64,000 nt of DNA from Kiritimatiellia bacterium (GCA_040767085.1 JAXGPF010000015.1:1-64000), one strand, 5' to 3'; shown: positions 17,581 to 27,198, counted from the first letter of the stretch. Notes: generated by a model from the letters alone, not told the origin. Translations and numbers: made by a program.

Positions 17581-19264
17581 CCGTCGGGTAAGAAATGCGC
17601 CCATGCAACATGTTGGTCAGGGTGAAAACAAAGGCGCGCTGTAATTGCTTCAACTGCGTCATGGTCAAATCGCAGGCATCCAACTGCCCGTCACGCAGCC
17701 GTTCTTCCATGATGTCGCGCACCAGCCCCTCGATGCTGGCCGGCGTGATCTTGGCCAGCGAGCGCGAGGCGGCCTCGATGGAGTCGGCCAGACAGAGCAC
17801 CGCCGTCTCGCGCGCCCGCGGCCGCGGGCCGGGATACCGGAAATCGTCGGGCTCGGGCAGCGCCTGGCCGGCGTCCGGGGCGTTGCTGGCGGCCTTGTGG
17901 TAGAAAAACGAAACCATGCCCGTGCCATGATGCTGTTCGATGCCGTCCAGCACGGGCTGGGGCAACTTGTGGCGCAAAGCCAGGCTGACGCCTTCCTTCA
18001 CATGGGAGATGATCACCAGGCAACTCATGCGCGGGGTCAGGTCATCATGGGGGTTGCCGCGGAACTGGATGTTTTCCGCGAAGAAACCCGGCTTCACCAG
18101 TTTGCCGATATCGTGGAAATAGGCGGTGATGCGGGCGCGCAAGGCATTGCCGCCCACCGCCACCGCGCCGGCCTGGGCGAGATTCGCCACCATCAGGCTG
18201 TGCTGATAGGTGCCGGGCGCCTCCATGGCCAGGCGTTTCAAAAGCGGGTGTTCCATGTCCGCCAGTTCCAGCAGGGAAATGTCCGTGGCGATTTTAAACA
18301 CCAGTTCCAACAAGGGCAGCAGGAGCAGCGTGGCCAGCGCGGCCAGCACTCCGCCGGCCAGGCTGAAAACGCAATTCCAGATTAAAACCTCGCCCAACTG
18401 GTGGCCGGCCAATCCCAGCCCCGCGGCGCAGGCCACACCGGCCAGTCCGGCCAGCAGACCCAGGCGGAAAATCGCCAACCGCGTTCGCGCGCGCTGGGCC
18501 AAGCCGACGACCACCAGTCCCTGGAAAGCTCCGGTGATAAAGACCGGCAGGCTGTAATCGGCCAAGACCGCCGCCGCCAGGGCAGTCCAGACGCCCGCCA
18601 CCGCCGCCGGCAATGGGCCCAGCAAAATGGCGGACAACATGGGCGTCAATGCCAGCGGCAACATGAACGCCACCGCGCCCTGCGCCAGCCACGGCGAACT
18701 GCGGCCGGCCACCAACAGCCATGCCGCGGGGGCCAGGGTACATAGCGACAGCACCCACAGCAGCAGAACCCGCCGGTTGCTTTCGGCATCAGACACGGGC
18801 GCCGCCAGGCGCAGGAAAAAAGCCGCCGCGATCACGGCAAATAGAAGCATCATGCCGTCGCCGGCGCGGCGCACCAGCCACTGCACGCGTCCGGCGCGGG
18901 TTTGCAAGGCTTGCTGGTAAGACCGCAAGACCGCCGCGTCTTCTACGGTCAAAACCTTGCCGCGCACGGCCAGCAATTGGCCGGCCGCCAGGCGGCCGGC
19001 GCCGGACGCGCCGGCCGGACCGTCAAAATCAACGGCCGCTCGCACAGTTGCCGGCGCCGGCACGCCCGGCGCAATCTCCGCCGGCAACTTGGGCAAATCC
19101 AACACCCGCAAGGCCATCACCGTCAGCCAGATCAGCCACCAGGCAAACATTCCGAACCCGGAACGTTCCCACAAGCGCAGGCCTTGCGGCTCGGCGCCGC
19201 GGGGCGTCGCGGACCGACGCCGCCGGGTCTTTTTCGCCAACCGGTTGATCCATTGCCAGGTCAT
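17480..19264 (-). CDS. Membrane-bound HD(IG) phosphohydrolase, PgpH-like (7TM-HD)
   Basis: APGTYQHSLMVANLA, YFHDIGK, NPHD, IISHVKEG, EQHHGT and LADSIEAASRS motifs; TM region; upstream of ybeY. Confidence 0.85.
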   Translation of the reverse strand: MTWQWINRLAKKTRRRRSATPRGAEPQGLRLWERSGFGMFAWWLIWLTVMALRVLDLPKLPAEIAPGVPAPATVRAAVDFDGPAGASGAGRLAAGQLLAVRGKVLTVEDAAVLRSYQQALQTRAGRVQWLVRRAGDGMMLLFAVIAAAFFLRLAAPVSDAESNRRVLLLWVLSLCTLAPAAWLLVAGRSSPWLAQGAVAFMLPLALTPMLSAILLGPLPAAVAGVWTALAAAVLADYSLPVFITGAFQGLVVVGLAQRARTRLAIFRLGLLAGLAGVACAAGLGLAGHQLGEVLIWNCVFSLAGGVLAALATLLLLPLLELVFKIATDISLLELADMEHPLLKRLAMEAPGTYQHSLMVANLAQAGAVAVGGNALRARITAYFHDIGKLVKPGFFAENIQFRGNPHDDLTPRMSCLVIISHVKEGVSLALRHKLPQPVLDGIEQHHGTGMVSFFYHKAASNAPDAGQALPEPDDFRYPGPRPRARETAVLCLADSIEAASRSLAKITPASIEGLVRDIMEERLRDGQLDACDLTMTQLKQLQRAFVFTLTNMLHGRISYPTDENRNKPDASRAADQFKPGAPADAIPDGPNRAP

Positions 19265-19351
19265 ACACTCACTAGAACACTGCATTAAAAATCTGACTTT
19301 TGAAGGCTACTCTGGTTGCACAAGTTTTCAGGCCGGCGTAAATGCCGCCGC

Positions 19352-20677
19352 TCAAGCGGATGCCAGGTATTGGCCGATGGCGCGCGACAGGGCGCGATAA
19401 ACTTCGACGCGGCGGCCGGGATCGCGGTCGAGGGTGGTGACGCGGAAGCCGGGCCAGGGCGACTCGAAATCCGAAGCCGGCACAACGCAAATGCCGGTGG
19501 CCGCCAGCAGATAAAAGGCGAAACGCTTATCCAGGGGCAGGCCCGGGACAGCGGTTAACCGTTCGATATGTTGCCGCACCGCCGCACAGGGGATGGGCAA
19601 TGTCTGACGGGGATTGAGCGCGCCATCCTTGAACAGCGCCATCATGTAAAATGCGCCCTGGATGGGATTGACCAGCAAGCCCGGCTGGCCCGATAAAATA
19701 GCGTAGATTTGATCGCTGGTTTCCCGCAGACCGGCGATGTATTCCGCCAGCCAGGCGGCATACCGGGGGTGTTCATAAATCCGCGGCAGCGCCATCTGCG
19801 GCAAGGTGGTGGCGCACACCTCCAGCATCATGGCTTGCTTGAAACTCTCGAAAAACGCCGCAAACGACCGGTTCAGGTTGGTGTTATGGAACTCCAGCCA
19901 GCCGCAGCGCGCTCCCGGCCAGGGCACATCCTTTGACAAGCCGCGCATGACCACCAGGGGTACGCGGCCATCCGCCAGTTCCGTGATATGCACGTAGCGG
20001 AACGGCGGAAACACCATGCGGAAATAAACCTCGTCCGAAAGCAAAAGCAGCCGGTAGCGCTCCGCCAGTTCCACCGCCGCCTGCAACACCTCGGCGCTGT
20101 ACACCGCGCCGGTGGGATTGTTGGGATTGATCAACAGAATGCCCACTACCTCCGGATGCCGCTTGATTTGCGACTCCAGATGGTCCAGGTCCGGCTGCCA
20201 GCCCCGGCGGGGATCCAGGCGGTAGCCGATGGAGGCGCTGCCGGCAGGAAAACGCTCGCTGGAAACATGCGCCGGGTAGCCCGGATTCGGCTGAATGATC
20301 CGCGCGCCCTGCTCCAACATGCGGTAAAAAATGCCGATGCCGGCGCCCAAGCCGTTGGTAAAAATCACATGTTCGGCGTCCAACCCGCTGGACGGCGCCA
20401 GCAGCCGGGATTGCGCCGCCACCCAATGCCGCGTCTCGATGTTGCCGCGCGAATGCGTGTAACTGAAAGCCTGTTCCGTTTCCCCGTTGATCAAATCGCA
20501 GAGAATGCCGCGGACAAACTCCGGCACATGCCAGCCCTTGGCGACCGGGTCGCCGATGTTTTCCCAGGCAAATTTCTTCCCCGGATCGAGCCGCTCCAGT
20601 TCGGACGAAAGCTCCACGATTTCGCGGATGCCGTACCGCATCAGGCCGGCTTTGGAATTGTGGATGGGGGCGCGCAT
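19352..20677 (-). CDS. PLP-dependent aminotransferase class I/II
   Basis: ENIGDP, INPNNPTGAVY, SDEVY and GLSKDVPWPGARCGW motifs. Start set at ATG 20677. Confidence 0.88.
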   Translation of the reverse strand: MRAPIHNSKAGLMRYGIREIVELSSELERLDPGKKFAWENIGDPVAKGWHVPEFVRGILCDLINGETEQAFSYTHSRGNIETRHWVAAQSRLLAPSSGLDAEHVIFTNGLGAGIGIFYRMLEQGARIIQPNPGYPAHVSSERFPAGSASIGYRLDPRRGWQPDLDHLESQIKRHPEVVGILLINPNNPTGAVYSAEVLQAAVELAERYRLLLLSDEVYFRMVFPPFRYVHITELADGRVPLVVMRGLSKDVPWPGARCGWLEFHNTNLNRSFAAFFESFKQAMMLEVCATTLPQMALPRIYEHPRYAAWLAEYIAGLRETSDQIYAILSGQPGLLVNPIQGAFYMMALFKDGALNPRQTLPIPCAAVRQHIERLTAVPGLPLDKRFAFYLLAATGICVVPASDFESPWPGFRVTTLDRDPGRRVEVYRALSRAIGQYLASA

Positions 20678-20678
20678 G

Positions 20679-21173
20679 TTAAACGGCGTCCTCCGGCGCC
20701 CGCGCGGCCGCCGCCAAACGCTCCCATAATTCATCCAGGGCCTGGGGGATTACCTTGACATCCGCCAGAACCGGCATGAAATTCGTGTCTCCATTCCAGC
20801 GCGGCACAATATGCAAATGGATGTGTTCCTTCAATCCGGCGCCCGCGGCCGCGCCCTGGTTGATCCCGATGTTGAATCCGTCCGGATGCATGACCTGCCG
20901 CAGCCAGCCGCATGCCTGCCCCGTCCAGCCCAGCATTTCCCGATGCTCGTCCGGCTGCATGCTTTCCACCGCGTCCACGTGGCGGTAGGGCACAACCATC
21001 AGGTGCCCGTTGTTATAAGGGTAACGATTCATCAGGACGGCGCAATGCCGGCCGCGGCGCAGCACCAGGTTTTCCCGGTCGGCTCCGCCCTGCAAAATCC
21101 CGCACAGGAAACAACCCGGCTGGTTGGAGTTCAAAATATATTCCATGCGCCAAGGCGCCCAGATGCGTTGCAT
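20679..21173 (-). CDS. HIT-family hydrolase (Ap4A hydrolase/phosphorylase-like)
   Basis: IWAPWRMEYI, CFLC, NRYPYNNGHLMVVP and HIHLHIVPRW motifs. Confidence 0.9.
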   Translation of the reverse strand: MQRIWAPWRMEYILNSNQPGCFLCGILQGGADRENLVLRRGRHCAVLMNRYPYNNGHLMVVPYRHVDAVESMQPDEHREMLGWTGQACGWLRQVMHPDGFNIGINQGAAAGAGLKEHIHLHIVPRWNGDTNFMPVLADVKVIPQALDELWERLAAAARAPEDAV

Positions 21174-21266
21174 GTCATTATCAACTTGCCCATACGGCGT
21201 TTTTTGATAAACTGACCGATACATTTATCATTAATCGCCGGTCCCGGCAAGGATATTTATCACATG

Positions 21267-22647
21267 TGTCGTAAACAAATGACTTGGCCGCATAATTAAC
21301 AAATGATTTGTCCGCTTAAAGCTGTCAGGATGGTGCATTCAAAGGGGGTTATATGGATGAATATCCGAAGGCAGCACTGGAGCGGGCAATGAAGGTACAG
21401 GAAGTGATCTTGCGTGCGATTGAAGGGCGGTTAATGTGGTGGGAGGCGGCGGAGATACTAGGTGTGAGCTACCGGACCATGCGGCGCTGGAAAGGGCGCT
21501 ACGAGCGGTATGGTTACGACGGGCTGCTGGATCGTCGGCGGAAGATACCGGGGCCGCGGCGCGTGCCCCTTGCGACGGTGAAGCAGGTGCTGAGGTTGTA
21601 CCGAGAAGAATACATGGATTTCAATGTGAGGCATTTTCACGAGAAGCTGCAGGCGGAGCATGGGATCGAGCTCAGTTATCAGTGGGTCAAGAGCGCCTTG
21701 CAGACGGCCGGGTTGGTGGCGAAGGCCCGGAAACGAGGGCCGCATCGGCAGCAGCGGGAACGGCGACCAATGGCGGGGATGATGTTGATGGTGGATGGCA
21801 GCACCCATGCCTGGTTGCCCCTGCTGGCGGGCCAGAAGCAGGATCGATCCTGGTGATGGACGATGCCACCAGCGAAGTCTACACGGCCTATCTTGTGCCC
21901 CAGGAAGGGACATTAACGGTGATGAAGGGGTTGAAAGAAGTCATTATTAAACATGGGGTTTTCTGCAGTCTGTACACGGATCGTGGCAGTCATTTCTTTT
22001 ATACGCCCAAAGAAGGCGGGGCGGTGGACCGGCGTCAATTGACGCAAATTGGACGGGCGTTGCAACAGTTGGGGATCGAACATATTCCGAGCTATAGCCC
22101 CCAGGGACGTGGGCGAATAGAGCGGATGTTTAAGACCTGGCAAGGGCGCCTGCCGCAGGAATTAAGGCAGGCGGGAATCCGGACGATGGCCGAGGCCAAC
22201 GTCTATATTCAACAACAGTTTCTGCCTTCCTTCAATCGCAACATGAAGGTGAAGGCGCGGGAAACAGGAACGTGTTTCGTGCCTTGCGGTGAGCAGGATT
22301 TGGACAGCATTTTCTGTGTGCAGCATGCGCGAGAGGTTCAAAATGACAATACCGTGGCTGTCGGGAGTCGCCGCTTGCAGATTGGACCATCAAAATGGCG
22401 TTTCAGCTTCGCCAAGTGCCGGGTTAAAGTCTGCGAGCACCTCGATGGCACGGTGTCCATCCGTTATGGCCCGCATGTGGTTGGCCGCTACCAAGGACCG
22501 TTGAACATTTCGGCGTCGCTGGAGGACGTCGCATAAACTTTTCCTCCCCGCGGGGAGGAAAATCCTCACCCCAGGAGCAACAACACACAATAACAAATCG
22601 GACAGATCACTTGTTACAAAAAGCGGACACTTGACTTGTTACGAACA
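21267..22647 (+). mobile_element. Insertion sequence, IS1202-like (formerly ISNCY), 1381 bp with a 16-bp target-site duplication
   Basis: TGT...ACA ends with repeated subterminal motifs (AACAAATGAYTTGKCCGC twice on the left, CGGACANNTNACTTGTT twice on the right). Flanking direct repeat GGATATTTATCACATG at 21251-21266 and 22648-22663. Confidence 0.9.
21353..22536 (+). pseudogene. DDE transposase (HTH plus rve-like core) split by a frameshift near 21845
   Basis: ORF1 (HTH ... MVDGSTHAW) and ORF2 (LVMDDATSE, LYTDRGSHF, SPQGRGRIERMFKTWQGRL) join across a 1-base shift at CAGGATCGATCCTG. Confidence 0.85.
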
Positions 22648-22660
22648 GGATATTTATCAC

Positions 22661-23833
22661 ATGCCCGCAAAACGCGCCAAAGCCAAACCCGACCACCCGC
22701 CCGCCCGGCCGCCCCGGCCCGGCCAGGACTGCCAGGCCTGGCTGATCGCCGGCGCCGACGACTACCAGATGGATATCCTGGCCCGCCGCCAAATCGACCA
22801 GTTGCTGCCGCCCGCCGAGCAGGCGTTCGGACTGGAAACCTTCGATGCCGATGCGGGCACGGTCGCCGAGGCCGCCGCGGTTATACGCCGCCTGCTGGAC
22901 GCCCTGCGCACCCCGACCATGTTCGCGGAGCGCCGCCTGGTCTGGGCGCGGAATGCTTCATTCCTGGGCGACAAAATCATCAGCCGCGGCAAGGAAATCA
23001 TTCCGCTGACGGCCGGCCTGGCCGAACTGATCGCCGCCGGTCTGCCGCCGGGGCAGTATTTGATCGTCACCGCCGCCGAAGCGCCCGCCAAATCGCCCCT
23101 GACCAACGCCTTCGCCAAGCACGGCGCCTTACTGAAACAGGAAGCCCCCAAGCCCTGGCGCCGGCAGGAGGAATCGCTGGCGCATGCAGCCCGGGAATTG
23201 CGGCAGGCCGGGCTGGCCGCCGCTCCGGCAACCGTGACGAAACTGGTGGCGCGTGTCGGCGCCGACACGCGCCAGCTTCACCAGGAAATCATTAAACTAT
23301 CCATTTACCTGGGCGCCCGCAAGCAGGTGGAGCCGGAGGATATCAACGCCATTACGTCCGCCACCCGGGACTATTTTGTCTGGGACCTGGAGGACGCCGC
23401 CGCCCAGGGCGACTTGCGCGAAGCCCTGGCAATCCTGCGCCGGCTGCTGTTTCAACGGGAAGACCCGATCCGCCTGGTCAACACCCTGGAAGCGCGGTTT
23501 CGCTACCTGTTGATCCTCCAGGAAGCCGTGCAGAATGGCTGGATCAATCCCCGGGCCGGCAAAGCGTACGGGGAGGCGGCCCTGCCGCCCCAGTTGGCCC
23601 GGGTCTTCGAAGGCGACCGCCGGATGGTCAATCCTTACACGCGCAATATCCTGGCGCAACAGGCAGCCGGATTCAGTTCCGCGGTCTTGCTGCGCGCGCG
23701 CCGCCACATCCTGGCAGCGCGCCAGCAGCTGGTTTCCAGCCGGACCCCGCCCGCCTTGATCCTGGAAATGCTGCTCATCCAGTTATGCCGGCTGGCAGCC
23801 CGGCGCCAGTCCCGCGGCCGCGCCGGTTTTTAA
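22661..23833 (+). CDS. holA: DNA polymerase III delta subunit
   Basis: LIAGADDY, TPTMFAERRLVW, ELxKL-type QEIIKLSIY, EDI and WDLEDA motifs. The ATG lies inside the IS target duplication. Confidence 0.75.
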   Translation: MPAKRAKAKPDHPPARPPRPGQDCQAWLIAGADDYQMDILARRQIDQLLPPAEQAFGLETFDADAGTVAEAAAVIRRLLDALRTPTMFAERRLVWARNASFLGDKIISRGKEIIPLTAGLAELIAAGLPPGQYLIVTAAEAPAKSPLTNAFAKHGALLKQEAPKPWRRQEESLAHAARELRQAGLAAAPATVTKLVARVGADTRQLHQEIIKLSIYLGARKQVEPEDINAITSATRDYFVWDLEDAAAQGDLREALAILRRLLFQREDPIRLVNTLEARFRYLLILQEAVQNGWINPRAGKAYGEAALPPQLARVFEGDRRMVNPYTRNILAQQAAGFSSAVLLRARRHILAARQQLVSSRTPPALILEMLLIQLCRLAARRQSRGRAGF

Positions 23834-23845
23834 AAACCGCGCCGG

Positions 23846-24511
23846 TCAGTCGGCCGGATATCCCACCGGCTGCGTCAGGATGACTTGCTGCTCCGGACGC
23901 AGCCGCATGGCCCGGCCCAGGGCCGTTTTATCCAGATTGCCCAGCACCACCGTGGCCAGGTTCTCCGAAGCGCAGAACAGGTAAACATTCTGGCTGATGA
24001 ACCCGGTATCCACGCTGGAATAAAACGCCTTGCTTGCGGCATCGCCGCGGGTCATGCGGGACAAATCCGCCGCGTAGATCAGGACCACCGGCGCCCGGCT
24101 GACGAACGGCTGCCGGCCAGCCAGCGGCCGGACATCCTCTCCCAAAACCGGCTGCAAGCGATGGGCAGCGGCATCGTACATGAAAAGGCCTTCCGGCAGC
24201 GCCGCATAAACGTCAATTTCCTGCCAATTCACCGCCGAAGGCGCCGTGCGTTTGCCGTCCCCGGGCCGATTCACGCCGCAGGCTGCCCAGAGCAAATCGC
24301 TCAAATCACGGCGGGATAAAGGACGCGCGTCCATTTTGCGGCGCGATTGGCGCGCCTGGAGCGCTTGCATCAACGGCCGGCCGCGCGCCATATCCGGCTG
24401 TTCGAGTTTCACCGGCGCCGGCAACTCAGCTTCCGCTCCGGCGCCGACGCCGCATAACCAAAGGGCCGTACCCGCCGCGAGCAATATCCGATCCAATTTC
24501 AGACCATGCAT
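23846..24511 (-). CDS. SagB/ThcOx-family nitroreductase-like protein with N-terminal signal peptide
   Basis: ARQSRR, LLWAACGVNR, RTAPSAVN and GFISQNVYLFCASENL motifs; AGGAGG RBS before ATG 24511. Confidence 0.85.
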   Translation of the reverse strand: MHGLKLDRILLAAGTALWLCGVGAGAEAELPAPVKLEQPDMARGRPLMQALQARQSRRKMDARPLSRRDLSDLLWAACGVNRPGDGKRTAPSAVNWQEIDVYAALPEGLFMYDAAAHRLQPVLGEDVRPLAGRQPFVSRAPVVLIYAADLSRMTRGDAASKAFYSSVDTGFISQNVYLFCASENLATVVLGNLDKTALGRAMRLRPEQQVILTQPVGYPAD

Positions 24512-24681
24512 GAGGTTCCTCCTGAACTTGATTAATCTGACGCTACCCTTGAACAAGGCGGCCTGCGGCCATCCTCCTGCGCCAAGGCTTCGGCGGACAC
24601 AGCCCCGCCAAGCCCAAGTAGCCATGGGCCGCCGGCAGCCGCCGGACCGCCGTCGAAAGCTTGCCGCCCTCCGGTGTGGCG

Positions 24682-24805
24682 GTGCAAGCTACAAGTGAAA
24701 GTGTAGATTGATCCGGAGCCAATCCGGAATCATCCGCCCCGTCCGGCTATGCCGGACTGACTGCATCCAGTTGCTACTGGACAAGCCTGCACCTGTTGCC
24801 TGCAC
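24682..24805 (-). ncRNA. Candidate structured RNA or 5' leader (long closing stem enclosing three hairpins)
   Basis: 16-bp closing stem (15/16 paired with G-U on the minus strand), three internal hairpins, and TTGACA-N18-TACGGT immediately upstream. No known family recognised. Confidence 0.45.
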
Positions 24806-24809
24806 TTGC

Positions 24810-24839
24810 ACCGTATCTTAAACTAGCAAATGGTGTCAA
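24810..24839 (-). promoter_or_regulatory. Putative sigma-70 promoter
   Basis: Minus strand TTGACA (24839-24834), 18-nt spacer, TACGGT (24815-24810). Confidence 0.5.
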
Positions 24840-24880
24840 TCTTGATTGCCTGCGTTTATCGTCCACTACCGCGCCAACGC

Positions 24881-25576
24881 TCAGGCCGGCGAATCCAGCG
24901 GCCCGGCCATGGAATTTTCGGCGTCGGCCGTCAAACCAGGCTCCGCCGCCGCCGGTATGCCGCTGGACACCACCACCTGCGCCGGACGCAAAAGGTAATC
25001 GCCCAGCCAGTATCCATTGCGGGTGACATCCATGATCATCCCCTCGGCGCATTCCAGCGATGGCAGGTGGGCGACGCATTCATGGCACTGCGGGTCGAAC
25101 ACCGCGCCGGCCGCCGCGATGGGCACAACGCCGGATTTTTTCAAGACATCCAGCAACTGGGTCTGCACCAGGGCCAGTCCCTCATATACGGCGGCCGGCA
25201 AGGCAGCCCGCGCCGCCTTCAATCCCATCTCGAAATGATCCAAGACCGGCAGCAAATCACCAATCAGGTTTTCCGTGGCGCGGCGCGCACGGGCGGCGTC
25301 ATCGCGGATCACGCGTTTGCGGTAATTGTCAAAATCTGCCTGCAGCCTTAACAACTGACCGCGCAGCCGCGCCGCTTCATCGTCCGGAATGGCGGCGTCA
25401 TCGGCCGCCTGTCCTGGCGGCGTATCAGGCGCGGGAGCGGCCCCGGATATGTCTGCCGCATCCAGCTCCGCATCGGATGCCTCCGTCGCCGGACCGGGCT
25501 CGGTCGCCGGACCGGGCTCGGTCGCCGGCGCATGCTCATCCGTCAAGTTGTTCCGACGTTCATCGTTATCCGCCAT
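24881..25576 (-). CDS. grpE: Nucleotide exchange factor GrpE
   Basis: LRLQADFDNYRKR, LLPVLDHFE, FDPQCHE and GYWLGDYLLRPAQVVVS motifs. An 18-bp tandem repeat (PATEPG) lies at 25485-25528. Confidence 0.93.
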   Translation of the reverse strand: MADNDERRNNLTDEHAPATEPGPATEPGPATEASDAELDAADISGAAPAPDTPPGQAADDAAIPDDEAARLRGQLLRLQADFDNYRKRVIRDDAARARRATENLIGDLLPVLDHFEMGLKAARAALPAAVYEGLALVQTQLLDVLKKSGVVPIAAAGAVFDPQCHECVAHLPSLECAEGMIMDVTRNGYWLGDYLLRPAQVVVSSGIPAAAEPGLTADAENSMAGPLDSPA

Positions 25577-25747
25577 GGCAACTATTCCTTAAATCCATTC
25601 GCATGCTGACATCGAAATCCAAGCTTGCGCAAGTGCCGGCCTGCTCCGCCGTCAAAACAAAACCGGAGCCGGCGTCCGCTGAAACGCCGAACTCCGGCCG
25701 CAGCATGCGCATTTTACCTGCCATTCTGCATGCTGAACAAGATAACA

Positions 25748-26257
25748 TTAATCCGGCTCAATGGCAATTTGTTTGCGTTGCGATTTGGCCGCCGCGGATT
25801 TCGGCAAATCCAGGCGCAAAACGCCCTTTTTGAAAACCGCCTTGGCCTTGCTGTAATCCACCTCCGCCGGCAGCAGAACCATCCGCTCAAAACGCCCGCA
25901 GCTCAATTCCGACAGACAATAACTTTTCCGGCGTTCGTCGCGTTCCTTTTTTTTCTCGCCGCAGATTCGCAGCATCCGGCCGTCAAGCGTCACCTGGATA
26001 TCTTTCTCATCCAGACCGGGCAATTCAGCGGTGACTTCCACGGCCTTATCGGTTTCGGCCACATCCAACCTGGGCAGATGGCTCTGCCGGCCGGCGGCAG
26101 GCCAGGGCCAGCCCCAATCGTCCCGCCCTGCAAAAGCCGCATCAAACAAATCGTTGATCTGACGGTGCAGGGTTTCCAAGCCGGCAAAGGGCGCAAGAGG
26201 TCCGGGCAAACCGGCTGATTTACGGCGCCAGGGAATAATGTTTGAAATTTTTTTCAT
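25748..26257 (-). CDS. Small heat shock protein (Hsp20)
   Basis: PRLDVAET, AELPGL, GRFERMVLLP and AVFKKGVLRLDLPK motifs; AGGAGG RBS before ATG 26257. Confidence 0.92.
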   Translation of the reverse strand: MKKISNIIPWRRKSAGLPGPLAPFAGLETLHRQINDLFDAAFAGRDDWGWPWPAAGRQSHLPRLDVAETDKAVEVTAELPGLDEKDIQVTLDGRMLRICGEKKKERDERRKSYCLSELSCGRFERMVLLPAEVDYSKAKAVFKKGVLRLDLPKSAAAKSQRKQIAIEPD

Positions 26258-26324
26258 TGACTCCACCTCCTTGTGCCTCCTTATCCGCATTGCCGCCCCG
26301 ACGGACGGCAACGCGGATTTTCGG

Positions 26325-26738
26325 TCAAGCAGTCTCCACTTTAATCTTGCGCGGCCGGGCCGATTCCGCCTTGGGCAGGGTGATGCTCAAGACGCCATTG
26401 ACCAGGCGCGCCTTGATTTTTTCGCGGTCAATATCCGTCACCAGGGTAAATGCCCGCCGGTAAATGCCCGTGGCGTAGCCGCGGTAAACCAACTGGCAAT
26501 GTTCCTGGGGCGAATCCGCCTGCTGCCCGGTGATCGTCAACACATCGTCCTCAAGATCAATGTCAACGGCGCTTTCGGGCACCCCGGGCATGTCGCAAAC
26601 CACCAGCAAGGCGTCATCCTTCTCGTAGATGTCGGCGGCCGGCGTAAACACCGGCAAATCGCGCGTCATCTCCGCCTGTGGCGCAGGCTGCGCCGGCGGA
26701 CGCTCCGCTGGAAGATTTTTGGCTTTGGCTTCATTCAT
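26325..26738 (-). CDS. Small heat shock protein (Hsp20)
   Basis: PAADIYE, DMPGV, YRRAFTL and NGVLSITLPK motifs. Confidence 0.92.
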   Translation of the reverse strand: MNEAKAKNLPAERPPAQPAPQAEMTRDLPVFTPAADIYEKDDALLVVCDMPGVPESAVDIDLEDDVLTITGQQADSPQEHCQLVYRGYATGIYRRAFTLVTDIDREKIKARLVNGVLSITLPKAESARPRKIKVETA

Positions 26739-26769
26739 GATATTCCCTCCTCTCCTGCTTGTTTTTAAG

Positions 26770-27198
26770 TTATCCCGCGCTGATGGCGATTTTTTTAGGC
26801 TTGCTGGCCTCCGCCCGCGGCAGGCGGATCGTCAGCACCCCCAGCTTATGCCGGGCTTTCACGCCGGCGGCTTCAACCTCGAACGGCAATCGCAGACTGC
26901 GCGTGAAATTGCCCTGGCCGCGTTCGCAGCGATGGCAGACCACGCCTTCCTGCAAATCCTCCGCCTGGCGTTTGCCCTCCAAAGTCAGGACATCCTGGTT
27001 GACGTTGATGCTCAGATCCTTGGGGTCCACCCCGGGAATCTCAGCCGTCACCACCATTTCATCCTGTCCGCTCCAGACATTGACAGCCGGAAACTCATCC
27101 GCTTCCGCGCCATATCCTTCAAACAACCGATTCATTTCCCGCTGTAAACGCCTGACATCGCTGAATGGATCCAATCCATACATACTGTTGAATAACAT
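26770..27198 (-). CDS. Small heat shock protein (Hsp20)
   Basis: FPAVNVW, AEIPGVDP, GNFTRSLRLPF and GVLTIRLPR motifs. Confidence 0.92.
   Translation of the reverse strand: MLFNSMYGLDPFSDVRRLQREMNRLFEGYGAEADEFPAVNVWSGQDEMVVTAEIPGVDPKDLSINVNQDVLTLEGKRQAEDLQEGVVCHRCERGQGNFTRSLRLPFEVEAAGVKARHKLGVLTIRLPRAEASKPKKIAISAG

Noticed and set aside
21353-22536. Programmed -1 frameshift as in IS3/IS1
   Set aside because: There is no slippery sequence at the junction, and the break falls inside the catalytic core.
23846-24511. RiPP (TOMM) cluster suggested by the SagB/ThcOx-like gene
   Set aside because: No YcaO or precursor peptide is nearby, and stand-alone members of this family are common.
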